Source: a virus. From it: DNA of 64,000 nucleotides. A model generated the notes under the pieces. The model ran no database searches and was not told the origin of the DNA. It saw only the letters and a list, made by a program, of their open reading frames with translations. The stretch spans positions 64,001-128,000 of IMG/VR virus record IMGVR_UViG_3300020463_000007; one strand, given 5' to 3'. A program made the position numbers and the translations under genes. How positions within the stretch are numbered: the stretch's first letter is position 1; every line of letters starts with the position of its first letter. This document shows positions 10,727 through 19,363 of this stretch, piece by piece.

Positions 10727-10837
10727 CTTTTCTCCTCAATACGGGCATCATTAGCGTGCCTCTAACCAATTTGGACCTACCCCATCGCTGGTTAACCGCG
10801 GTTTGTGAATAAAACATTGGTCATATTCTATTAACAA
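10727..10837 (-). promoter_or_regulatory. Putative structured 5' leader (cis-regulatory RNA candidate)
   Basis: GC-rich 110-nt leader between late promoter and RBS with stems GAAUA/UAUUC, CGC-GG/CC-A-GCG, GGCA/UGCC and a possible UGACCAAU/AUUGGUUA pseudoknot. Confidence 0.45.
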
Positions 10838-10844
10838 TATTTAT
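10838..10844 (-). promoter_or_regulatory. T4-type late promoter (ATAAATA)
   Basis: Motif in the intergenic gap upstream of 9254-10726. Confidence 0.65.
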
Positions 10845-10859
10845 CGTTTTTATAGATTA

Positions 10860-12329
10860 TTACCCTAGTAGTATTGTAAATTGTAGTAAAATGTCGTCGT
10901 ATTCTGCTCTAGTTACAACGCCACCGGAACCTGCCGCACTTATATAACCCGCACCGTTGTAAGTTTCTAACAAGTTACTCTGTGTGTTCCATCTAGTATC
11001 ACCAAGCTGTGGACTTGCAGGTCTTTGAGATGTATCACCATAAGGTATAGTTACAGCATATGATCCAGGAAACTGATTTGCTCCGTATCCTGATACAGCA
11101 AACTCTATTATATTGTTATCACTTTTTATTTGCTGACTTCCTACAGTTTCTCCGATTGATATATTATCAATTTTAACTGCTTTACTAGACCCTGTGCCGG
11201 CGGGAGCAAGTATTAAATCTGTATCTGTCGATGTACTAATAATATTGCCGTCAATATTAATATCATCAACTTGTAGTCCATGTACAGCTATGCCTGTTGA
11301 ACTAACAGTACCAACACTTACATTATTTACAGTAAATCCAATTGTATCGTTTGTTGGGTGAGCAACTACATTAGTTAAAGAATTATCTGAATATACGCCG
11401 CCAAATATAGTATTTCCATTGTAATAGCCTTCAAAGTTTGTTGTTTGATGATTAAACCTTATTCCAGAATTTGCACTAGTTCTTTGTGCAGTTGTGCCTG
11501 TTGGAATGTACATTGCAGCAGTAGTATCCACAGTAGTATCTCTGCTTATTTCTATATCTGTTGTTGAGCTTATTGTTTCATTTGCAAAAGTTAAATCTTC
11601 TAATTTTACTATACCACTAGCATTACCTCTTAGGTCTAAGTTTGAATTAGAAACTTGTGTAGTAATATAGTTTGTTTCTATTTTTAAGTTTGGAGTATCT
11701 AGTTTAGCTCCGTTCAATCTAAATGTTTGTATGTTATTCCATTTATTCGCTGAACTACCTAAATTAGATACATCAGTAACATCAGGAGTTAGGTCACTTG
11801 TAAATTCAGTGTTGAAATCAATAGTGTCTGATCCATTATCTCCTATAGTTATATTGCCACCCATAGTTACTGTTTGTGGAGTATCTAAATTTCCAAAAAT
11901 TTTCATATCCGAATATGCTTCAACTCTTCCTGTGCCATTTGGAGTAATGTCAAAACTAGCATTACTATTAAATGTAGAAATTGTATTGTCAGTAATTCTA
12001 ATATTATCTGTTTCAACTGTAGTTGCTCTAATTGCCTCTGCCGCATTAAACAAAATATTTCCTGTTGAAACTTGTAAGGTATTACCATTCAAGGTATAAT
12101 TTGCTATTTGAGTGTTATTTGCTGATACTTGTAAGTCACTAGTACGCATACTTGCACCAATAATATCTAAATCAGTAGCAGGTGCATCTTTTTTAATACC
12201 TAATCTACTTGTGCTAACATCAAAAAATAATAAAGGAGTGTCAGAGGGTTGATTACGAAAGTCTAAATCAACTCCGTTACGTTCTAAATTTTCTTTTAAA
12301 AGTGGTCCCGATATTCTACCTACGGCCAT
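10860..12329 (-). CDS. Fibre-like virion protein, paralog of 9254-10726
   Basis: 489 aa; identical MAVGRISGPLLK start, collinear repeats, GTTAQR and GDTSQRP motifs. Confidence 0.8.
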   Translation of the reverse strand: MAVGRISGPLLKENLERNGVDLDFRNQPSDTPLLFFDVSTSRLGIKKDAPATDLDIIGASMRTSDLQVSANNTQIANYTLNGNTLQVSTGNILFNAAEAIRATTVETDNIRITDNTISTFNSNASFDITPNGTGRVEAYSDMKIFGNLDTPQTVTMGGNITIGDNGSDTIDFNTEFTSDLTPDVTDVSNLGSSANKWNNIQTFRLNGAKLDTPNLKIETNYITTQVSNSNLDLRGNASGIVKLEDLTFANETISSTTDIEISRDTTVDTTAAMYIPTGTTAQRTSANSGIRFNHQTTNFEGYYNGNTIFGGVYSDNSLTNVVAHPTNDTIGFTVNNVSVGTVSSTGIAVHGLQVDDINIDGNIISTSTDTDLILAPAGTGSSKAVKIDNISIGETVGSQQIKSDNNIIEFAVSGYGANQFPGSYAVTIPYGDTSQRPASPQLGDTRWNTQSNLLETYNGAGYISAAGSGGVVTRAEYDDILLQFTILLG

Positions 12330-12347
12330 ACTGTATCTCCTATACAG

Positions 12348-12355
12348 TATTTATA
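12348..12355 (-). promoter_or_regulatory. T4-type late promoter (perfect TATAAATA)
   Basis: Exact T4 late consensus followed by AGGAG RBS and the ATG at 12329. Confidence 0.8.
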
Positions 12356-12358
12356 GGT

Positions 12359-13030
12359 TTACTTATCGAAGTTATGTAGGGCAGTTACTGGTTTACCTGC
12401 ATCAGGTGCAGATGTAAACACTAGATAATATCCTGTTGGTCTTGCTGTACCATTGCCTGTACCAGCGCCTGTAGCTGTGAATACTGTATCTACAGTATTT
12501 GCACTTGCACCAATAGCTGTAAAGTCTGTTGTGCCAACTGTGACAATTTTATATTCTGTACTTACTTGAAAAGAACCAGCAGTTACTTCTCCGCCTGTCC
12601 CTGTTGCTGCTGTTGGATTCTGTACAAGTGTATAGTTTGTAGTTGCCAACTGAAATACATTTTCAACAAGCACTAGAACATTTTGAGCCGCCGCTGGAGC
12701 AACTTGATTTGTATCTTGTGAATTCAAAGGCCCAAAACATACTGCTGTTGCATCGCCGTTACCTAAACTTTGCTGTATAATACCTGCTGGAAAGGGTTCT
12801 GCATATCTTAAATTTCTCCAAGCACCGTTTTCATAACCTTCAAATTTATTATTGCTTGTGTTATATCTTATTTGTCCGTTAGCAGGAGTTACAGGACGCT
12901 GAGCTGTTGTACCTGCAGGTATACGAATTGAATTTGTACTGTCTGCAACTACTTGGTCTAATGTATCTATTTGTACACCTCTACCATAAATATTACGCTG
13001 GTTAGTATTTTGACCTTTTAGTAAACGCAT
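12359..13030 (-). CDS. Virion fibre-associated protein
   Basis: 223 aa; IPAGTTAQRP...GQIRYNT...FEGY motif shared with neighbours. Confidence 0.75.
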   Translation of the reverse strand: MRLLKGQNTNQRNIYGRGVQIDTLDQVVADSTNSIRIPAGTTAQRPVTPANGQIRYNTSNNKFEGYENGAWRNLRYAEPFPAGIIQQSLGNGDATAVCFGPLNSQDTNQVAPAAAQNVLVLVENVFQLATTNYTLVQNPTAATGTGGEVTAGSFQVSTEYKIVTVGTTDFTAIGASANTVDTVFTATGAGTGNGTARPTGYYLVFTSAPDAGKPVTALHNFDK

Positions 13031-13031
13031 C

Positions 13032-13388
13032 TTATACTTCCATGTAACTAACTACACAAGCTAAATCTGTATTTCCTGATCCTTGATCAGGAGATGCTGT
13101 AAAAGTAATTTTATCTCCTGCACTTAAAACAATTCTTTCTGAATCAAATGTAAAAGTTTCGCCTGCTGGTAGATTTAATTCTTTTACTACACAAGTTATA
13201 TTATTGTTCAATGCACTTCCTGACGGGATAATATGCATTGTAAAATTTGCATTTCTAGTAGATGCACTTCCACCACTAGGACTATATGTGTTACAAACTA
13301 ACACATTTGTTACAGCATATGTTAAACTAGCAGGAACGGTTAATACATCTTTTTGTGTTAATGTTAATTGATTTGTTGTTATCGCCAT
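13032..13388 (-). CDS. Small beta-rich virion adaptor-like protein
   Basis: 118 aa; LPAGETFTFDSERIVLSAGDKI...VVSYMEV, similar to 8920-9249. Confidence 0.75.
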   Translation of the reverse strand: MAITTNQLTLTQKDVLTVPASLTYAVTNVLVCNTYSPSGGSASTRNANFTMHIIPSGSALNNNITCVVKELNLPAGETFTFDSERIVLSAGDKITFTASPDQGSGNTDLACVVSYMEV

Positions 13389-13399
13389 TTTTATTTCCT

Positions 13400-14410
13400 T
13401 TAGAACACCATACTATAGACTAATGCTTTATTCTTACTTATCAATTCGTCTCTATTACTACTCTTATTAACGAAAAACAATCCCGATCCCCCAGTTGATT
13501 GCGTTTTAGAATAAATTTTAATACCTTCAGTAGGCGCACTAGGATCTGATGCAACATCGTTTTCACCTGGAGTTTCAGTAATTTCAATGTTGTCCTTAAT
13601 TTTTACTGAACCCGTACCTGGTGAACCTAGTACTAAATCAGTATTACTAGCTGTTGTAGTTATTTCATTGTTTTGAATCATTATGTCAAATGCTTCAATT
13701 CTGTCAGAGTATATATTTGCAACTTGTACATTATCAATATCAAATTGTAATTTACTATCTGTGCCTGTAACACTTTGATCATGTGCTTCAATTGATGTAT
13801 CTGATTCTTGTAGTCTTGCAGGTACAGCACCTGATGCAAGTGCATAAGTTACATAATCAACTACAGATTTTGCATTTGGTATAATATCGTCGTCCAAAGC
13901 TCCGCCTGTGACTGCACCTCCGCCATATTGAAACACTCTTTGTTCGTAATTTGTTGTGTTTGTTGCAGATATTACACCTGTACCGGGATTTAAAAATAAG
14001 TTAGCATCAGAAAACATTCCTGTTGCTTTTATAGGTACAACAGTAGTGCCTTGTTCAAACGTCCATGTTCCTGTGCCTGAAGTTCCACCTAATGTCCAAG
14101 ATAATTGTTCATCATATACCATAAATGCGTTTGACTCTGAACCTCTTTCAATCTCAATACCACTTCTATAGTTTAATGAAGCAGGTAAACCTGCGGCTAC
14201 ATTGTTTCTTGAAAGCACTATTATATTATCAGCTATTTCAACAGTAGTTGAATTTATAGTTTGTGTATCGCCTTTGACTTCTAAGTCTCCAGTTACAATT
14301 ACTTTTCCTGTACCATTAAGTAAACCGTCTGTCGTATCTAATGTGATTTCGCCACCTTCTTTTGTAACGATATTGTAATCACCATTTCCAATTCTTAAAT
14401 ACTTTGACAT
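13400..14410 (-). CDS. Fibre-like virion protein
   Basis: 336 aa; V.GDL.V.G....INST...I.DN.I.L and SGIEIERG fibre motifs; hydrophobic C-terminus. Confidence 0.75.
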   Translation of the reverse strand: MSKYLRIGNGDYNIVTKEGGEITLDTTDGLLNGTGKVIVTGDLEVKGDTQTINSTTVEIADNIIVLSRNNVAAGLPASLNYRSGIEIERGSESNAFMVYDEQLSWTLGGTSGTGTWTFEQGTTVVPIKATGMFSDANLFLNPGTGVISATNTTNYEQRVFQYGGGAVTGGALDDDIIPNAKSVVDYVTYALASGAVPARLQESDTSIEAHDQSVTGTDSKLQFDIDNVQVANIYSDRIEAFDIMIQNNEITTTASNTDLVLGSPGTGSVKIKDNIEITETPGENDVASDPSAPTEGIKIYSKTQSTGGSGLFFVNKSSNRDELISKNKALVYSMVF

Positions 14411-14424
14411 TATAATTCCTTTTT

Positions 14425-14450
14425 AAAATAGGGGGATTTCTCCCCCTATT
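14425..14450 (-). terminator. Intrinsic terminator or processing hairpin
   Basis: Minus strand AAUAGGGGGA-GAAA-UCCCCCUAUU followed by UU, immediately after the stop of 14454-14813. Confidence 0.65.
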
Positions 14451-14453
14451 ATA

Positions 14454-14813
14454 TTAAATAGCTGTTAACCTAATTAATGATTCTGTTGAATCGTCTTCAA
14501 CAGTCCACTTGTAACGATTGTTATCAAAGTCTACTGCTGTTCTGTTGAACATTTTTTTAAGTATTATTGCTCCACCACCTGGTGTAATACCTACTAAAGC
14601 ACATTCGCCTTCTGCATTAGGTGCAATTTCATTTACTAGTCTGCAAATTTTTGCAGAACCAGCGGCACTATCGCAATTAAATTTGTTAGTACCTCTTTGA
14701 GAAAGAATAAATCCTTCTCTAGATGCTGTACCATCATGGTATCTAATTGCTATAGTTGGTTGAGTATTGTCGCCTGTTGCGCCAAAAAATCTCTTGTTAA
14801 TTGGTCTTCCCAT
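14454..14813 (-). CDS. Small late protein, possibly capsid-associated
   Basis: 119 aa (MGRPINKRFFG...), AAGGAG RBS, own late promoter and terminator. Confidence 0.8.
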   Translation of the reverse strand: MGRPINKRFFGATGDNTQPTIAIRYHDGTASREGFILSQRGTNKFNCDSAAGSAKICRLVNEIAPNAEGECALVGITPGGGAIILKKMFNRTAVDFDNNRYKWTVEDDSTESLIRLTAI

Positions 14814-14898
14814 TTGTTTTCTCCTTTATACTTTTTACGTAATACGCAGTAGGTCAATCTGCATAAGTCCACATTAGTGGCCCGATTTATGACACAAG

Positions 14899-14905
14899 TA
14901 TTTAT
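14899..14905 (-). promoter_or_regulatory. T4-type late promoter (ATAAATA)
   Basis: Motif 85 nt upstream of the ATG at 14813. Confidence 0.65.
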
Positions 14906-14934
14906 CAGTTTACAAATAATTGTTTTGGAATAAT

Positions 14935-14967
14935 AAAAAAGAGAAAAGACGTCATAAGACGCCTTTT
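14935..14967 (-). terminator. Intrinsic terminator closing the putative ncRNA
   Basis: Minus strand AAAAGGCGUC-UUAU-GACGUCUUUU then CUCUUUUUU. Confidence 0.7.
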
Positions 14968-14974
14968 TAAAATA

Positions 14975-15189
14975 GTAAGCAAAATAGGTAGGACTTGGTT
15001 ACACCTACAAGCACGTACCGGAATACCATTCTAATACGTACAACCTAACCCCGCTAGTGACTGCGATGTGAACCTGCGGATTTCTCCTACAAGCCCTGGG
15101 TACCATCCCTGGTTAGTCAAGTTCGACCCTTCTGGTAAAGGCCTCTTCCTTGCACTATAATTAAGAGTTAATTACTCTCCTAATGCTTA
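14975..15189 (-). ncRNA. Putative stand-alone structured ncRNA (~215 nt), family unassigned
   Basis: No long ORF; GC-rich (32/60 in 15061-15120); flanked by a sigma70-like promoter and a terminator; 5' and 3' ends pair (UAAGCA/UGCUUA); several stems with G-U pairs and a GAAA tetraloop on the minus strand. Confidence 0.7.
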
Positions 15190-15195
15190 ATTACT

Positions 15196-15223
15196 AATAT
15201 AACATCTTTATGTGTAAAGTCAA
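15196..15223 (-). promoter_or_regulatory. sigma70-like promoter for the ncRNA
   Basis: TTGACT (15223-15218), 16 nt, TATATT (15201-15196) with extended -10 TG and an upstream A-tract. Confidence 0.65.
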
Positions 15224-15244
15224 CCTTTTTTGGATAAAAAAGTC

Positions 15245-15270
15245 AAAAAAATAGGCCCCGAAGGGCCTAT
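15245..15270 (-). terminator. Rho-independent terminator of the capsid operon
   Basis: AUAGGCCC-UUCG-GGGCCUAU followed by UUUUUU, 21 nt after the gp23 stop. Confidence 0.92.
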
Positions 15271-15291
15271 TTAAATTAGTTGTGTTAACTA

Positions 15292-16461
15292 TTAGCTGAA
15301 GCTTACGTTACCGTTAGTAATTGCAACGTTACCTAAGTAATCAGCCGCGTTACCAAGCGATGAAGCTGAGTTAGAAAGCTCAACGTAACCATATCTAGTC
15401 ATGAAAGACACAACTGGTTCGAATGAACTTGGATCTAACACTACACCACTACTCATCAATGGAATGTATGGGCAGTAGAATGCAGCAGCATCAGACTCAC
15501 TAGTACCTTTGTAGCCAACAAGTACAGCAGCATTATCAGCCGCATATGTGTTGACATACACTTTCATTGCACTATTTAAAGTTCCAACTAACTTAGTGTT
15601 TGTTGGTGCTTCAAAAGTACCTTCAGTAGTACGAGCGAACGCAGAAGTTGTAGCAGATTGTAGAATTGTTAACGCAAATGGGCTAACAACTGCAAAGTTA
15701 CCTGCACCTCTTCTTGTTCTTTGAGCGATCAAGTTTGATACTCTGTTAATTTGAACTGCAAGAGCAGCATGCTCATCACCAACAAAAGTAGCTGTACCAG
15801 ATACAGCAGCTTGGTCATAAGTTTCAGCGGCTGTTCCAGACAATGTAGTTAAGCTCTGAATGATCTCTTGATCAATTTCAGCGGTAATTTCTTGTGCTAA
15901 AGCAGCCATAATTTCTGCTTCTACATCAATACCGTGCATGGATTGTGCATCCTGTGCAGCTTCAAAAGTCCAGCGAGCTGATAGCTTTCTGGATTTTGCT
16001 TCTACAGTCTGTTTTAAGATCTGGATGGACATTTTACGTCCTGGCAAACCTTCTTTGGTTGCAGTTGCATCAGCAACACCAGACGGATCTGTACCCGTAC
16101 CTGAGTATGCAGTTGCAATTTTGAATGGGCTAAGAGCCTCTTCACCTGCTGTTGCGTTGTCATTGCTTTCAGCATAACGAACGCGAAGTGTGTGGATCTG
16201 ACCCACTGGTCCTGTCATCGGCTGTACGCCTACCAACTCGTTAGCGATAACTGTTGGCATCACACGTCTGATGACTGGAAGAATAACACGGTTAAGTGTT
16301 GCGATATTACCGGCGGAAGTTGCACCTGTGCCTGCTGCCTCTGACAAATACTTACGAGTGTTTTCGAGTGTACTTGCCATAACTGCTTTCTTGTTGCCAT
16401 TTAAGCCTTCAAGAAGAGCACCTTTGGTCTCCTGCCAGCGACTTTCTAGTAGTTCTGACAT
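15292..16461 (-). CDS. gp23: Major capsid protein (T4 gp23 family)
   Basis: RRVMPTVIANELVGVQPMTGPVGQI, VEAKSRKLSARWTFEAAQD, EITAEIDQEI, FYCPYIPL, FMTRYG motifs. Confidence 0.97.
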   Translation of the reverse strand: MSELLESRWQETKGALLEGLNGNKKAVMASTLENTRKYLSEAAGTGATSAGNIATLNRVILPVIRRVMPTVIANELVGVQPMTGPVGQIHTLRVRYAESNDNATAGEEALSPFKIATAYSGTGTDPSGVADATATKEGLPGRKMSIQILKQTVEAKSRKLSARWTFEAAQDAQSMHGIDVEAEIMAALAQEITAEIDQEIIQSLTTLSGTAAETYDQAAVSGTATFVGDEHAALAVQINRVSNLIAQRTRRGAGNFAVVSPFALTILQSATTSAFARTTEGTFEAPTNTKLVGTLNSAMKVYVNTYAADNAAVLVGYKGTSESDAAAFYCPYIPLMSSGVVLDPSSFEPVVSFMTRYGYVELSNSASSLGNAADYLGNVAITNGNVSFS

Positions 16462-16475
16462 ATTATATCTCCTTA

Positions 16476-17567
16476 TTAAATTCCAGCTAAACGTCTAATG
16501 TCAACGACATTATCGTCTACTGTTTTACTAGTTTGAACTATTTCTCTATTGCCTGTAATTTCTGTGCCTTCTGTAAGTGTAGCCTTTTTAGCTTTTTCTG
16601 GTGCTTCGCCGTCTATAACCGTTGGCAAATATTTGTCAAACTGAGATTGTAATCTGTTAGTTTGAACTGATTCCAGTAAGTCTTTCATAATCTCTTGCTG
16701 TTGATTACTTAATGGTGCAATCAACCCATGCATGATTTCTTTACGCTGTGCAGATTCAACAAGTTGTTTCTTTTGTTCTTGTTGTGCTTCTACTACTTTC
16801 TTTGCTTTAACAGCAAATGCTTTAGCTTCTGCTATCTGCTTGTCTTTAACATTAACAACTTTTAATAACTTAGCAGTTTCTGATTTTTCGTTTAGATAAC
16901 TACCTTGATATTCATTTGCAAATGCTTCAAACAATTTACGCCCAAAGTCATTTTTACGTGCTGCATCAATGTCTTCTTTAAGTTGTTTAATTTCTCCTCT
17001 AAGAGCTTTGTCAACTGTTGAAGAAACTGCTTTAGCACTTCTTTGAATAAAGTTTTCTTTAACTTTAGCCAAGTGTTTCTTAGCTTCTTTGACAAGTTTT
17101 ACCTTGGTAGCAGCTAAGTCTTTTTTGTCTTCGTAGAACTCAGATATTTCGTTGGCCAATGCGTCAACAACAAAATTTTCTAATTTAGAAAAGTTGTTAG
17201 CCATTGATTTTTGTTCTTCGTGTAGCTCTGAAACCTCTTTTTTAAGTGATTCCATTACAAAACCTTTTAGTAACTTTGCATTTTCACGCATAGCTACTGC
17301 ATATTTTGCTTTAGCTTCAGAAAGCTGTTTACGATCTTCTGTAAATTCAGTAATTTCTGCAGATAATCTCTCAGATACTAAGTTGTCAATGGCTTCTACC
17401 ATAGTAGCCTTATCGTGTTCGTATTTCTGAGCGAATTCCTCACGGAGTTCGGCGGTTACAGCAAGTTTATTTTCTTTAATTTTTGCTTCCCACGCTTCTT
17501 CAATTTGTTTACGCACATCCTCTGAAACAACATCGTTTTCGAAAAGTGTTTTTAGTGCATCCAACAT
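16476..17567 (-). CDS. gp22: Prohead core scaffolding protein (gp22-like)
   Basis: 363-aa coiled-coil E/K/A-rich protein between protease and capsid genes. Confidence 0.85.
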   Translation of the reverse strand: MLDALKTLFENDVVSEDVRKQIEEAWEAKIKENKLAVTAELREEFAQKYEHDKATMVEAIDNLVSERLSAEITEFTEDRKQLSEAKAKYAVAMRENAKLLKGFVMESLKKEVSELHEEQKSMANNFSKLENFVVDALANEISEFYEDKKDLAATKVKLVKEAKKHLAKVKENFIQRSAKAVSSTVDKALRGEIKQLKEDIDAARKNDFGRKLFEAFANEYQGSYLNEKSETAKLLKVVNVKDKQIAEAKAFAVKAKKVVEAQQEQKKQLVESAQRKEIMHGLIAPLSNQQQEIMKDLLESVQTNRLQSQFDKYLPTVIDGEAPEKAKKATLTEGTEITGNREIVQTSKTVDDNVVDIRRLAGI

Positions 17568-17582
17568 GTTTTATTTCTCCTT

Positions 17583-18209
17583 TTATTGGAGTCTACTGAT
17601 TATATTAATCAGAGATTCTTTTAAATATTTTTGTGCCTTAGGGTCTTCTTTTGTTGCCTGTGCAAATTGATAAGCCTTCATTCCACCTCGTGCATTCATA
17701 AGTTGTTCATAAATTGGAGTTGGATATGCACCGGGTGCTGATGGCTGTGCCACTACATCCACAGTGATAATTTCAAAATCGGAAACTTCTCCGTTTCCGC
17801 TTTCACTAACGTTACCAGAACCACGTGATGAGACACCTAGTTTGACTCCGCTTTCAAGCATTGTTTTCACTAGTTGTCCCATAGGTGTTGGTAAAATTTT
17901 AAGTTTTCCGTAACCGTTGTCGCCTTCCATCCACATTTCTGTGATCATATGGCTTACACGATCTAAATTAATATTCAGTCCTTCTGGATGATCAACTTCG
18001 CCGAGAACGCTATATCCGCCTGAGCATTGATCGTTGAGAGTTTTGACAGCCCTACCAATTTCTTGTACAGGATAAACACGCTGGTTAGCGTTGCGTACTC
18101 CGCCTTGTATACAAATACCTTTCATATACAAGTCTTTCCCTTCATTGGCAGACTCAACGACAATTTTTGCTTCGTCGAAAGTCAGTGTCTCAGATAAATT
18201 CATCACCAT
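17583..18209 (-). CDS. gp21: Prohead protease (gp21)
   Basis: N.NQRVYP, GEVDHP, LDRVSH, TPMG, LGVSSRGSG, DVVAQPSAPGAY motifs. Confidence 0.95.
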   Translation of the reverse strand: MVMNLSETLTFDEAKIVVESANEGKDLYMKGICIQGGVRNANQRVYPVQEIGRAVKTLNDQCSGGYSVLGEVDHPEGLNINLDRVSHMITEMWMEGDNGYGKLKILPTPMGQLVKTMLESGVKLGVSSRGSGNVSESGNGEVSDFEIITVDVVAQPSAPGAYPTPIYEQLMNARGGMKAYQFAQATKEDPKAQKYLKESLINIISRLQ

Positions 18210-18227
18210 CCAAATACCTTATATTAA

Positions 18228-19241
18228 TTAGCTACCAATAGTACTTTTTTTATTGGCTGCTGTGTCGCCTGCGCCTTTTTTCTCTGCGCCATGGCCTTTA
18301 GTATCAGACTTCATTGACTTAGAAGCTTTGCCACCTGGAACATTTACGTTACCACTTGCAATATCTTTTGGACTTGCTGGTGTCATACCTTTTTCGTCTG
18401 CGCCTTGTACTAAGTTTGAAGCATCTCCGCCCATGTTGTTAGCACCTGCTACTGGAGACTTGGTGTTTGCACCGTTGTCACCCATTTTAGGTGTAATTTT
18501 TTCAACATATTCACGCATCTGCTCTGTTGGAGATAGTTCTTCTTTAGAACCTTCCTCAACCTCGTCGTCTGATGTTTCATCAACTTCTTCGTCTGATGCT
18601 TCTGGCATTTCTTCGTCGCCTTCTTCATCGTCCATATCCATCTCAGCATCATCAGCTGGCATTTCATCTTCAGCGTCGTCCATATCGTCTCCGCCTTCTT
18701 TGTCTGCCATCATTTCTTCAAATTCTGCTTTTAATTCGTCTAAAGCGTCTTCTAGATCTTCGACTCTTTCTTCCATGTCGCCTTCTGGCTCATCTTCGCC
18801 GCCTTCTTCGTCGCCCATGTCAGCAATATCAGCCATCATACCATCAGCTGCATCACCTTTGTCCATGTCCATGTCGTCTTCGCCTTCGACTTCAAATTCA
18901 TCAAGATTAAAATCTTCTTCTACTTCATCATCATCAGAAGCTTCATCGACTTCTTCGTCGCTTTCTTCTTTCATCTCTTTGTCTTTTTTGGCTTTTTTCG
19001 CTTTTTTCTCAGCGTCATCGTCCATTGCTTCGTCAACTTCTTCATCATCTTTAGAAGCTTCATCAACTTCCTCATCAGATGTTTCATCTACTGACTCATC
19101 TTCTAGATCATCTTCTAAAAGGTTTTCATAAATTTCTCTGGATTTCTCAACCACAATATTGTGGAAAAGTTCTTCTGCTTTGGCCTTGTCTTCGTTAACC
19201 AGGCATTCAAGCATTTCTTCGAATTGTTTTGAATCTGCCAT
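18228..19241 (-). CDS. Highly acidic prohead core/internal protein (gp67-like role)
   Basis: 337 aa, D/E-rich with repeated SDEEVDE units; first gene after a late promoter, upstream of gp21. Confidence 0.75.
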   Translation of the reverse strand: MADSKQFEEMLECLVNEDKAKAEELFHNIVVEKSREIYENLLEDDLEDESVDETSDEEVDEASKDDEEVDEAMDDDAEKKAKKAKKDKEMKEESDEEVDEASDDDEVEEDFNLDEFEVEGEDDMDMDKGDAADGMMADIADMGDEEGGEDEPEGDMEERVEDLEDALDELKAEFEEMMADKEGGDDMDDAEDEMPADDAEMDMDDEEGDEEMPEASDEEVDETSDDEVEEGSKEELSPTEQMREYVEKITPKMGDNGANTKSPVAGANNMGGDASNLVQGADEKGMTPASPKDIASGNVNVPGGKASKSMKSDTKGHGAEKKGAGDTAANKKSTIGS

Positions 19242-19296
19242 TTTATTCTCCTATATATAATAAATTATTTTACCTTCACGGTAAGGCTGTCAATTG

Positions 19297-19311
19297 TATT
19301 TACTATTTATA
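19297..19311 (-). promoter_or_regulatory. Tandem late promoters of the head operon (TATAAATA-GTAAATA)
   Basis: Perfect TATAAATA at 19311-19304 directly followed by GTAAATA. Confidence 0.75.
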
Positions 19312-19363
19312 CGAAAATATGCCCGAAAATAGGCTCAAAACGACACTTTTTGCAAATTTTCTG

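Noticed and set aside
10774-14855. 7-nt complementarity between two late leaders (GUAGGUC and GACCUAC)
   Set aside because: A 7-mer match between two ~100-nt regions is expected by chance.
14975-15189. tRNA, tmRNA or RNase P identity for the capsid-adjacent RNA
   Set aside because: GUAGG...CAAGUCCUAC resembles a T-arm but lacks the UUC loop, cloverleaf and CCA; AAGGAAGAGGCC only loosely resembles RNase P GAGGAAAGUCC and has no P4 partner.
18253-19131. 292-aa Ser-rich plus-strand ORF
   Set aside because: Antisense shadow of the Asp/Glu-rich core gene; reversed GAA/GAC codons give Ser/Phe/Val and few stops.
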